Origin: Phoronis australis
Taxonomy: Eukaryota; Animalia; Phoronida
Length of the DNA stretch: 51,307 nucleotides
Reading direction: 5' to 3'
Assembly (NCBI GenBank): GCA_002633005.1
Contig: NMRA01000049.1
Location: forward strand, 252,004-303,310
Position numbers and translations under genes: made by a program. The notes beneath the pieces were generated by a model. The model did no database searches. It was not told where the DNA came from and saw nothing but the letters and a program-made list of their open reading frames with translations. How positions within the stretch are numbered: the stretch's first letter is position 1; each line of letters starts with the position of its first letter. Shown piece by piece: positions 1 through 10,752 of this stretch.

Positions 1-864
1 CTAGTTCTAAACTTCTCTGCAACCCACTGTAAGGGGATGAAAACAATTCAAAGTCCGCCCCTTGAAATAGGGCTTGCTTAGCTGGAATTTAGAACTGCGG
101 TCATGGGAGTGTTTTCACCTCCTGATTGCCAAGCGATCGAGTTAGCTGTGGTATTTTCATCAGCGCGTGATCTCAGCGGGAGGTCACCGCTTTATCCACT
201 CAAGCGCTCGACAACAACTAAACTTACGAGAGTCTCAGAACTCCCACATGCAAATTTGATATGCAAATGAGGGAGTACTTGACTACTGCGCCATCTATAC
301 ATCGACGGAAAAGCTTAAATACCCGTGACTGCGTGTGGGAAATTGCGATTGCGTGCGCTGAAGTCGATATTTTCAAAGTACAATTACACCACTGTTTAAG
401 GTTGCAAACTGAGTTTTTTGATATCTTTCTATAGAAAAAGCTTTAATCTCTCTGATGAAATCATCTGTTTCCTTTTAAACGAAACTTAAGTCCTAAAATT
501 AGTCCGGGGAAGGAGGCCAAAAACGGCGGTTTAGCTAGTTGTCCCTTCCTGGTTATCTCTTCCTGGTAATATCAACATCTTGCTCACATTTTCCATACTT
601 GTAAAACCATCCAGAATGAGCCCGGCTTTTTCAAACCTTGTCTGAAAGAGCCCCCATGAAGGAGCTCTTTTGGGATATCTTTGGAGACCTATTGTATATT
701 ACAGAAGGACCAAATGGAGTTCAGGAATTGCCTCTGAGTCCTTAGTTTCACTGCTTCAATCTTGATTTATTTGTATTTGGTCCGTGTGATTCGATTCTGA
801 TGAGACGTCTACTTGCCGTAACAAGGTTTTATGAACTAGTTTGAATTTTTTTGTAATTTTGGTT

Positions 865-1287
865 TGGCCTTATTATAACTGTACATGTCTTGTTGTTTAT
901 ACTGTTGTAGCTGTGTTGGCCTTATTATAACTGTACATGTCTTGTTGTTTATACTATTGTAGTTGTGTTGGCCTTATTATAACTGTACATGTCTTGTTGT
1001 TTATACTGTTGTAGTTGTGTTGGCCTTATTATAACTGTACATGTCTTGTTGTTTATACTATTGTAGTTGTGTTGGCCTTATTATAACTGTACATGTCTTG
1101 TTGTTTATACTATTGTAGCTGTGTTGGCCTTATTATAACTGTACATGTCTTGTTGTTTATACTATTGTAGTTGTGTTGGCCTTATTATAACTGTACATGT
1201 CTTGTTGTTTATACTATTGTAGTTGTGTTGGCCTTATTATAACTGTACATGTCTTGTTGTTTATACTATTGTAGCTGTGTTGGCCTT
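865..1287. repeat. 52-bp minisatellite, 8 full copies
   Basis: Unit TGGCCTTATTATAACTGTACATGTCTTGTTGTTTATACTRTTGTAGYTGTGT starts at 865, 917, 969, 1021, 1073, 1125, 1177 and 1229, with a partial copy at 1281. Confidence 0.97.
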
Positions 1288-2065
1288 GCTGTTGCTGTTT
1301 ACACTTGTTCCATTGTCTTTTACTATAAATGAACTAAATTTTTACTGCTTACTCTTCTGATGATGTCGAATCAGCCGTTGTTTCCAGCATTTGACACTAA
1401 CCATAGTACCCTGGCAGTCCGATAGCAGGTATTGTTTTGCTGTCGGGCAAGGGAAATTTCAAAGTATCATGCCCGACGAGCTAGTTGAGTTGACCGAGCT
1501 AGTTCATTTGAATGGTGAATTTGTCCAGATATAATATCACGTAATGTAAATTGCAAACCGTTGGTTGTTGACTTGAAGAGGCTTTCAGAACAAAGTTTTC
1601 CATCGGGTATGTTAAATTTTTGGTTTACCCAACTTGTCCAACAGTCAAGGAAACAAAAACAATAACGTTAAGCACTGCTGTTAGAGCTTTTGTGCAGAGT
1701 GGTCAATTTCTTTTTTTTTGTTCATGGATCTACATTTTAACCGTAGACATGGAATATACTGTTGACTGTGAGACTTTAAAATCTCACCATTTTTTAAGAC
1801 AGAGTATGACGAGCAATTGAAAGTTTGTTTTCCTGATTTTTGATTAGAAAAGATATGTACCACCAAATTAATGCTTTTCATGGTCAAGCTCTGTACTACA
1901 GGTACCACTGGACAATGGTGCGAAAAATTGTGGGCATTCACAAAAATTTGACAAGCCTTCAAAAATGATAATGAGGAGTTTTGTCGATCATTTTCATCCA
2001 GAATTGGTCAGAGTTTACTCATGCATTCAGAATGAATTTGATAAACCTTATCCTTTTCTGTTTAG

Positions 2066-2270
2066 AATTGTCTACGATAGAGAGAGCGGCAAGCCGAAGG
2101 GTTATGGCTTCTGTGAGTACCAGGACACAGCCACAGCAGAGAGTGCCAAGCGCAACCTTAACAACACAGACTACCATGGCCGGCCCCTCAGGGTGGGGGC
2201 AGCCGCAGGGGACCAGAGCAATGCCGAGATGAAAGCCATGCAACAGGGGCTTACTGGGCCTGTTATGGAG
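2066..2270 (+). CDS. CSTF2: CSTF2 exon: RRM C-terminal half
   Basis: tttag|A-IVYDRESGKPKGYGFCEYQDTATAESAKRNLNNTDYHGRPLRVGAAAGDQSNAEMKAMQQGLTGPVME|gtacaa. Confidence 0.93.
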
Positions 2271-5200
2271 GTACAAAAGAGGGGTAGAGTGGGAAGTGTA
2301 GTTTGGTGGGTTAGCTGTCTGCTACGTGGCAGTCATGCAATTGCAATGTTCAGTTGATTTTTTCCTACCGTGACTAGTTTTCGGCAACTGGTTCAGTAAG
2401 CAGGTAATGGTCTGATATAACATGCCCGAATTTTGAGAACCAGATTTCCCCACTAAATAACTGGCATCAAACTGGTTCTCAAAATGAGGGGAAGTTATAT
2501 CAGACTATTGACTAGTAAGCATTCTTCAAACCGAGAACAATTAGTTACAAGCATTTCGCATTTTTGTGCATCTTGTTTCAAAGTCTGCTAGCATAAATTT
2601 GCCAAAACCAGCAGCGCCTTGTTTCTGAGCTTGTGCTAAATTCGAGCAATGTAATTAGGATTCCATATTTTTCACTAATGTATTGGGTGAAGTGGCCTTT
2701 GTCATTTGCCTCTGGAGCTTGAAGTACGTACCATTAAATAGATTTCGATGGTGATTTTTTTGCCCGTTTTTAGCATTTATTAGTCATTTATTTGCATAAG
2801 TACAAGCACATCCCTGTGTTGGTATTTTTTCTTCAACATTTATCATTCATATGTACTAGTACAAGCACATATACAGTATTTCAAATAAGTACAAATATGT
2901 ACATAGATATGTTGAATACGTACATGAACAGGGTTGCTTAAAGTAACACTTCCTTGAGACGAGTAATGAAATAAAATTGAAACACATGTGCCCATCTGTT
3001 CACGTTTGACTTTTCAGTTTAAAAATATACGTAGTATTCTTGAGTGATTTCATGTAGATTTCAATCGATGGGCCTGCATACTCAAGACGCCTGCTGTTTA
3101 CTTGATCTCAGTGTCACCAGTGCTTGTAACTGTTGTAGAATCCGTACGGTGATCCCGTGGAGCCCGAGAAAGCACCCGAAGCCATTTCTAAGGCTGTGGC
3201 TAGTCTTCCTCCTGAGCAGATGTTTGAGCTGATGAAACAGATGAAGGTGAGTAAGCAAAGGTCACCTGGCCTGCAGGCTCGGACTAGTGTTTAGAGGGAG
3301 GCAAGGTCACCTGGCCCGCAGGCTGGTACTATTGTTGAGAGGGATGAAAGGTCACCTGGTCTGCAGGCTGGCACTAATTTTGAGAGAGGCATTCTTTTCG
3401 AATAGACTTCATCTTTTCGAAACATCCTGTGCTTTCGTTTGGACGATTAACTAGTGTCCTCTGAGGTTAGATTTAAAGCTCCCCTCGTGATTAAATTTTA
3501 CTCTCACTGTTGAAATGATTGTGAGAGTTAGTGAGATAAGGTAGGTCGCCTATCCCTACATGGTGCCCTATGTGCTGCCACGACTCCCCTCGCACCCCAT
3601 GTCTCCCTTGAAGGAGGTGTCAGACTAAGTCCAGTTACCATGCAGTATGTTATTGCATTGGGCATCAATGAGGTGAGGCAGAGGGTCTCGTACAGATTGG
3701 CACTTTCCAACTTCGAAAGCCCGCAATGGGCTTTATTTCTTCTCATTTTCCTCAGGGCATCTAGAGACCCCTATGTTTCAATTGTTTGGGCAAATAACAG
3801 CCTAATTCTCTAAATAGACAACAGAATTACCCTTTGCTGATAAAAGTTTGCCCTTATGGATTAGAACCTCACGCAGATGCCAAAATCAATAAAAATTGCA
3901 AATTTCTGCTGGAATACTCAGCGTGTTTGCCCTATGTTTCTGCACTACAATCGTGAACAGTCCCTCAGTGTGTGGCACCCATCAATTATAAGAAATGAAC
4001 AGTTTTTCTTTGTTCATACCTCCGTAATTCCATAGAAGTGCTGCATTCTTCCCCTGAATGAGTGAGTGAGTGCCAAACTGGCTCTTAATGAGTTGATGAC
4101 TGCTGCCTGAACACTTTTTGAAATTTAAATTCCTGTTGAATTGGACCATTTATTCTATGTTGTAAAAATGGGCTCGACTTTTAATTGAGATGAGAAAGGA
4201 TTTCTGGGATTGGGGAAAACAAAACAAATTGCGAGGAAGACTCACAGGTGTCCGGTTGTCATTTTTGCGTAAGTCCAGGAAATAGACACCAGATGGGGTC
4301 TCCAATTCGGTGTTTTATTAACTGATTACGAATGAATACACGTAGGATGTGACAGTCATGGCATGTGTTCTTTGAAGTAGTGTGATTTCAATTTCTCTAC
4401 TTGACTGTAATTAAGCGTGCAAGAGGAAGCAGTGTGGCCTTGTGGGATAAGTGTCCACTTCCTTTACTCGAGGTCAAGGGTTCAAGTCCCACTGGGGCAC
4501 ACTGCTAGACCCTTGAGTCAGGTCTCAGGCTCCTCTGCTCAGTTCTAACTATGTATTACTTCTCGAAATAAAACATATAAATGGTTCCAGTGAATGGCCT
4601 GCACATGTCTGATACAACGTTTACAAGACTGCTTGCGATTATTTTTATTAATTAAGCTTGGCTACTTTCTGACACTACCATGTTGTGCATTTTCCTGGTG
4701 CTGTCGTGTTGAGGGTTCAACATTGTCATCTGTCATTCAATAGCTTCACGTGCTAGTCTTGTAATCTACCCATGTATTTAGGAAATCAGAAATGCGTACA
4801 GTTTTTGTGAACCAGGTTCAGTATGAATTTTTGGTGGAGGTTCCTGCCTTTAGCAGGTTCAGCAGTTTGTCTCGAGTCAGTAGAACTTGTTTCCATTGTT
4901 ATAGTTTATGCGTGCTTATTTTGCTTTTTCCCAAAATCTTGGAAAATTGCTCTCACTGTAGCGGAGGCTTAGTGCATCATTCTAGATAACCCACTTGTTC
5001 AGGCATAGTAATTAATATTGTAAGTTCATGTTTGTCCTTTGTGTGTTCTACAGCTCTGCGTTCAAAACAATCCCAACGAGGCACGTAACATGTTACTACA
5101 GAATCCACAGTTAGCATACGCCTTGCTACAAGCACAGATCGTAATGAAGATAGTCGACCCACAAGTGGCAATGGTGAGACAGGTCACATAGATGTACGAT

Positions 5201-8200
5201 TAAATATTTATTATTCGCACAATTCTACAGCCGTTTTGCACAAAAATTGACTAATTCCTCTTCGATTTTTCAAAAGGTATAAAATCTCACTAGTTTAGGC
5301 TGTAATATGGCGGACAAGACTGAAATTTTTAGCAAACATTTTATGTGAACAGCATCAATTAAATGCTCCATCATTTTTAAGTTCTATTTCGTAGCTATGT
5401 GTTGAGGACTTGTCAGCATTCATTCACAAATGTGTTAGTAGTCTTTGAAAATAAAAAAGCATTCATTTTGACAATTATTTTTTTCTCGGAAATTGGCAAT
5501 TATTTATTGTACCTTGCTATGCCTTGTGTAATGAAAATTTTATCCAATTTTTGTTGTTCATGACTGCGGTACTGTTCATTTCAATAGCCATGCTGGACAT
5601 GCTAAGTCTTATTAAGAAATTCGACCAAGTTGAGTTCCTCTTTTTCATCGTATCACATGCACAATAGGTTGATACTTACATAATTCCTATAGTTTGATTG
5701 ACAACAGTAAACAGCTGGTGCTCTTGTGTTTTTCAGCAAGAATGTCCTAATGCCTCGATAGCTTGTCAAATGATTTTTTTTTATTTCTTTATGCAGTGTT
5801 GATGTGACCTTTATTTAACGATCTTACAGGCTATGTTACATCGTAAAAGTGATCAGATTCCTCCTGTCATGCCGTCCCAATCTGCACCCACGCCACCTAT
5901 GGACACGTCTGGTCCACCGTCACGGGTGAGTGGATATAATGTTTTATTCATTTCACAAAGAGACTCAAACTTTTTAGCTAACTTTGAAAACTTGAGCTTA
6001 GTTGATTAAATTTTGGTCTCGTGGTGTTCGACCACGGTGTCAGCCCATTAATAATGTTTGACCTTTCACCCGTTCAATGACTTCAACAGACTACGCCGAT
6101 TGTGAACGCCTGATAACATCTTGCTTCTTAATTAACTGCTGAGCATTGTCTTTTGTCTTGTATGACAACATGCAGGTCAATTATCTACCACGCTTGAAAG
6201 AGTTACTTAAACCAAGCAGAACTACTTTCGTCATTGGGTATCAAAGGTTTTCAACAACAACAAAAATAATGGTTACGGTCCAATCTTCATTCTGCCCAAT
6301 GACGCGGGCCTCGGCCCAGTGGCCATTTTCATTGATGGCTTGGAACTTTTTAGCGATCTCCATTTGGATTTACTAGCTCTTTAACAAAAACACATCTGCA
6401 CAGTCTGGTGTAATCAGGCTAACTGCATACGAAAATCATAGCATATCGGAACCATGTAACCTCAGCTTTGTAATGCGCATAACTAAATAACACCAACACA
6501 CACGGCATGGTATCTTCTTCTGAAATATGTGAATTCCTTTTGAAACCTCTGAAAGAAGTCCGATTCCGTGATATCCATCCATATTCCGTTATTGCAAAAA
6601 AGTGAGGCTCTAGGCATGGTGTCTTTTACTTACAAGCTGATGTCTCTTCATTGACTGGTATTGTTAACTTTCAGCCTGATCCTGTTCCCACATCAATGCC
6701 ACAGAGTCATCCAGCACCGGTGGCGCCACTATCAGGTCTTGGTGAGTACTACAAAATACCTCCATCATAAATACTGACACGACTATAGAATCTTATCTCG
6801 CCCAAACTCAGAAAAGCTTATGTTCACTACATCCTACTTGAGGTTAATCGAAAATTGACTCGAAATTTCATCAATCACAGCACATGAGCTTTTAAACTTT
6901 ATTCAAAACACGCCACCAAATTTGTTAGGTTTTCAAATTAAGACTCCTATACAGTTTGCTTGACGTTTGGAACCTCCAGACACCATTGCATGTGTTCAAT
7001 ACATATGCTGGTCAAGAAAAAATACGCGAATGCTGTAATTGCTTTCCTTTGCTATCAGTTTGTTTTTTTTGTGGTGCTTGACTCCTGTACTCGGAAAAGA
7101 AAAATGTTGCAGAACTTTTCTCTGAGTGTTGAGTCTGTTAATTCTGTCTAAATAAAAGTCGAAACAGTTGAATCATGGAATTTTCTAGTTCCTGCAAAGA
7201 TTCACTTATTTGAAAATTAATTGTTTGGGTGTAAAGGTTATTTGAATAATACAGTTGTGACTTTGTAGTAAGTTTGTGTACAAGACTTGCTGTAAGTTTG
7301 ATACCTGCCTCCCGTTCAGTAATGCTAGAACCTCGCTAAAAAGCAAGACTTTGTGAGATTACGTGATATATTGCCGTGTATTTTAAATGAAACCATGTGA
7401 CTTTGGCTAGATTTTAGCTAAGTCCTAGCGTAGGTCCTAGCGTTACTGAACACATACCTGATGTGCTGTTGTTAAAAAGTGTCAGTGAATAGGGTAATCC
7501 TATAAACTGAATCATAGAAAGTTTTACCTGTGCCAAGTGATGGTTCTTTATATTTTTATGAGCTGAAGTTGTTATACTAAAGTACTCTGAAATGGTTTTA
7601 TTTTTTTTTTAATAGTTCCTTTTTTTAACTCAACACATTTACTGTACATAATGGAATGTGTTTTTGTGTTTTGGTATTAAGTCAGTGCTAGGAATCCATT
7701 AAGTTTGTGTTGCAGGTGGGCCTGGAATGCAAGCTAGAGGCCTTCTTGGTGATCGACCTGCCCCCAGGGGCAGGGACATGGGGCCACCTCGGGATTATGA
7801 TGCTCGAATGGAGATGGGCGGAGCTCCAGGACCTCCGCGTGACACAGACATCAGACAGAGAGACATGGGCGGACCTCCCCGGGATATTGATGCACGGCTA
7901 GGTGGTCCCATGCCACGCGACATGGGCGGTCCCAAGCAACGGGACATGGGTGGTCCCATGCCACGCGACATGGGTGGTCCCATGCAGCGTGAAATGGGCG
8001 GTCCCATGCCACGAGAAATGGGTGGTCCCATGCAGCGAGAAATGGGTGGTCCCATGCAGCGAGAAATGGGTGGTCCGATGCAGCGAGAAATGGGAGGTCC
8101 CGTGCAGCGAGATGTGCCTGGGGGCGGACCTCATCGGGGACCCAGGGAAATGCCTGGCCCAATGTATGACGGTGGTCGTGATGCGCAGAGAGGTCCTGTG

Positions 8201-10752
8201 ATGAGAGGTTAGCAATTATGATGAGTTGAGGCTTATTCCAGAAAGTTGAATTCTTGAATTGCTGTTTTGGTGTAAAAGTAGAAGATACAATTTCTTTGCA
8301 CCAGGAACGAGTCTCTTCAATGGAAAGATGGCCATATAACACTTTGTGTTATGCGTGTGAATGATTTCCTTAAAATAGTGATATTTCAAGTTTTGTGTGT
8401 GCATGCATTACTTTTTATGCGCCCACATATTTATATGTGGATGCAGTATTTAAGTTCACAAAAATTGAATAATAGTGTTGTTCACTTGTGGTGGGTATTT
8501 TTGGGGGAGGCAACAAAAAACTTTGAAGTTCAAAGTTTTGATGTCACGTTAAAGAGCATCATGTCTGAATACATTTTGTCTGAATTGGTTTCATTAAATA
8601 AGTCAAATGCTGAAATAAAGATGAAAGTTTCTTTAAGCCTCTGGAAAGGTCAGTAGTGTTTGTCTATTGTTTGATATGCAACGCTTATAAACTAAGGGAA
8701 AGCGATTAGAAAGAACCCAAAGTGATTGACGTGTTAATGTTTATTTTATATATATTAATATTTGTATAACATTCCGAGTCCCAATGTTTCTTGCCCGTTT
8801 GCTTATCTGTAGGTCCAGGTCGACCTGACATGGGCCCTGACCGCGGCCCAGCCGACCCACGCGACGCGAGAGATCCTAGAGGAGGGGCTGACCCACGGGG
8901 TAGGGGACCTCCTGGACCCCCACCGAGTCGTCCACCACCCCCGCCTGCAGCTGCACCTACTGGTGGTGGCGTCTCAGCCCAAGACCATGAGAAGGTGGGT
9001 CATATTTTGTTTGAATCATTCTCTATAAGAACTAAGTGCATCATTCAGTTGGATTCTGGTAGAACGACACTTAAGCTAGTTTACTGCAACAAGTCACAAA
9101 GTGAAGGGTGTCTTGAAATATGGGATGCTTGTAAAATAAGAACTGAACTAGTAGATACAGTATTTAAACGCTTCATGCTGTCTGCATAGCCAAGATGAGC
9201 AAGTTTTTGATCCCCTAGTGTTTGAAAGTTAAACTCGTCAAATGGATCCTTGTGGTGTGTGAGCACTCTTTTGCTTTATATACAATGATGGAAGCCATTG
9301 CCTAACCTTACAAATTAGCTTCCCACAAAATGTAATCGAGCGGAATTGGGTCTGGTACGGCAGTGGCCAGGGAACGTCTCAAACATGTGAAGTGAGGCGA
9401 TTTGGGAAGACAAACTGTGTGAGAGGTTACACTGTCTTGTTGTACTCACATGTGCCTGAAGTCCAGCTGAACTAACTAAGGGCTGTTCCAGTAAAATCCG
9501 TGTGGGAGGGGGGGGACGGCAGTAGAAATAAAAATTCATGGGTGGTGGTCTTCAGAAAAAAACACAAATTATGGGTGGTCGTTCCTGTAAGAAGTGATGC
9601 ATTAAAAATGGGTGGTATTTTTTGTCCTGTTAATGTTGACAGGTTGATTACTTCAGCCCTCAAAACTCAAAACAAGCCAATACAAAAAAGCCCATATTGC
9701 CAGTGAACAGAGTGCAATATGTTCACTTAGCCACTAATCAAGTCATGGGCAACTTGATTTGAGCCAACTGTTAGTCTGCAGTCCTATTGAGTTGAAAAGT
9801 TATGCAACACTAAACTGGTGTTAACACATATAAGAAAATTGATGACTTTTAAATAAAAGTTATGAAGAGTAAGATAAACAAGTTCCAATATTCACTTAAC
9901 ATAGAAGTATAAAAGATATCGTGGAGACAGTTTGAGATTCATAGATCCTTATAATTGAAAAAATGTTCATTGAAATTATAGACACATGGTGAACAGAGAC
10001 ACCTGGTGGCTGCCAAAAGTATTGCTCACAGGCTACTTTAGTTTTTGACAATATTGGACAAGACAACTAGTTCTTGTCTGTCAATCATCTATGTTCTTAA
10101 CAGGTCCTCCTGGAGGCAGTTTGTTTGCAAGTGTTGGATTTTATATTTTAACCTATTAAAAATAATTAAAAAATTATGGGTCATGGGTTGGAGAAATAAA
10201 TGAAAAATATGGGCGGTGGGTACGAAATAAAAGTGCCTTCCCCCCCCTCCCATACAGATTTTGCTGGAACAGCCCTAACCTATGGAAACGTTATAATGAT
10301 ATTTCCTGAACCGCCCCATTTCATGTTTTGGTAAATGTTATGTGGCAAATACAAATGCTGTGTTAATGGGAACTGGTACACCTTGGCTATACTGCCAACA
10401 GGAAGCGCTTATCTTCATGACCTATTTTTCAAGTTGTTTTGATTTAAAGTGTGTCGCACAATTTTGAGACACTCTGAACAATGCACTATTCATTAGTTTT
10501 GTCAGTCAATTTTCCTTTTTCGAGGAAAACGGGTATTCAGTAGTCAACAGCTAGTTAACAATTTATTAAGTTGTTTTTCTAATCCTACGGTTGACACTGG
10601 TTTTATTTCTTTTCTGTGTGTTGCAGGCCGCCCTCATCATGCAAGTGTTGAAATTATCGGATGAACAGATAGCCATGTTGCCGCCCGACCAGCGACAAAG
10701 CATCCTCATTTTACGAGAGCAGATCTCAAGCTCTGGAGGCCTGCCTTCTTAG
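2066..10752 (+). CDS. CSTF2: Cleavage stimulation factor 64 kDa subunit (CstF-64), 5'-partial spliced gene
   Basis: Exons 2066-2270, 3139-3246, 5054-5173, 5830-5925, 6675-6741, 7716-8207, 8813-8994 and 10627-10752 join in frame with GT-AG sites. RRM RNP1 (KGYGFCEY), hinge (APEAISKAVASLPPEQMFELMKQMK...NPQLAYALLQAQ), Pro/Gly region and C-terminal domain (DHEKAALIMQVLKLSDEQIAMLPPDQRQSILILREQI). The N-terminal RRM exons were not found in 1-2065. Confidence 0.96.
2403..2512. mobile_element. ~110-bp fold-back MITE, MULE-like (copy 1)
   Basis: TIR GGTAATGGTCTGATATAAC / GTTATATCAGACTATTGAC with inner TTTTGAGAACCAG / CTGGTTCTCAAAA; flanks cagtaagca / tagtaagca (9-bp TSD, 8/9). Confidence 0.8.
3139..3246 (+). 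CDS. CSTF2: CSTF2 exon: hinge 1
   Basis: tgtag|NPYGDPVEPEKAPEAISKAVASLPPEQMFELMKQMK|gtgagt, 108 nt. Confidence 0.95.
3258..3390. repeat. Diverged 45-bp tandem repeat x3
   Basis: AAGGTCACCTGGYYYGCAGGCT starts at 3258, 3303 and 3348. Confidence 0.85.
4423..4530 (+). mobile_element. tRNA-derived SINE head
   Basis: A-box-like TGGCCTTGTGG at 4435-4445 and B-box GGTTCAAGTCC at 4479-4489; no full cloverleaf. Confidence 0.55.
5054..5173 (+). CDS. CSTF2: CSTF2 exon: hinge 2
   Basis: tacag|LCVQNNPNEARNMLLQNPQLAYALLQAQIVMKIVDPQVAM|gtgaga, 120 nt. Confidence 0.95.
5830..5925 (+). CDS. CSTF2: CSTF2 exon: Pro-rich
   Basis: tacag|AMLHRKSDQIPPVMPSQSAPTPPMDTSGPPSR|gtgagt, 96 nt, phase 0-0. Confidence 0.88.
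6675..6741 (+). CDS. CSTF2: CSTF2 exon: Pro-rich
   Basis: ttcag|PDPVPTSMPQSHPAPVAPLSGL-G|gtgagt, phase 0-1; needed to bring the next exon into frame. Confidence 0.82.
7308..7457. mobile_element. 150-bp MITE, Harbinger-like (copy 1)
   Basis: Inverted GTTCAGTAATGCTAGAACCT / AGGTCCTAGCGTTACTGAAC, CTG on both flanks; highly similar copy at 38693-38843. Confidence 0.8.
7716..8207 (+). CDS. CSTF2: CSTF2 exon: RGLLGD motif plus GGPMxR[DE]M repeats
   Basis: tgcag|GPGMQARGLLGDR...GPVMR-G|gttagc, 492 nt, phase 1-1. Confidence 0.9.
7901..8116 (+). repeat. 24-bp coding tandem repeat x9 (GGP[MKV][PQ]R[DE][MV])
   Basis: Units start at 7901, 7925 ... 8093 inside the CSTF2 exon. Confidence 0.95.
8813..8994 (+). 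CDS. CSTF2: CSTF2 exon: DPR/Pro-rich into C-terminal domain
   Basis: tgtag|PGRPDMGPDRGPADPRDARDPRGGADPRG...VSAQDHEK|gtgggt. Confidence 0.92.
9480..10275. mobile_element. 796-bp non-autonomous PIF/Harbinger element
   Basis: ~35-bp TIR GGGCTGTTCCAGTAAAATCCGTGTGGGAGGGGGGG / CCCCCCCTCCCATACAGATTTTGCTGGAACAGCCC; TAA TSD at 9477-9479 and 10276-10278; subterminal ATGGGY repeats. Confidence 0.88.
10627..10752 (+). CDS. CSTF2: CSTF2 last coding exon: C-terminal domain
   Basis: tgcag|AALIMQVLKLSDEQIAMLPPDQRQSILILREQISSSGGLPS*, TAG at 10750-10752. Confidence 0.95.
   Translation, partial: AALIMQVLKLSDEQIAMLPPDQRQSILILREQISSSGGLPS

Noticed and set aside
452-495. Hammerhead-like CTGATGA...CGAAAC...GTC (also CTGATGA near 798 and 1357)
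   Set aside because: No stem II pairing, or no GAAA at the right distance
450-860. Minus-strand pseudogene or missing CSTF2 5' exons
   Set aside because: The translation has several stops and no recognisable domain; no VFVGNIPY-type RNP2 exon was seen in 1-2065
865-1287. CRISPR-like array
   Set aside because: Head-to-tail units with no unique spacers, no cas genes, and a eukaryotic context
7707-8342. Overlapping repetitive ORFs in other frames and on the other strand
   Set aside because: Shadows of the stop-poor 24-bp coding repeat in CSTF2
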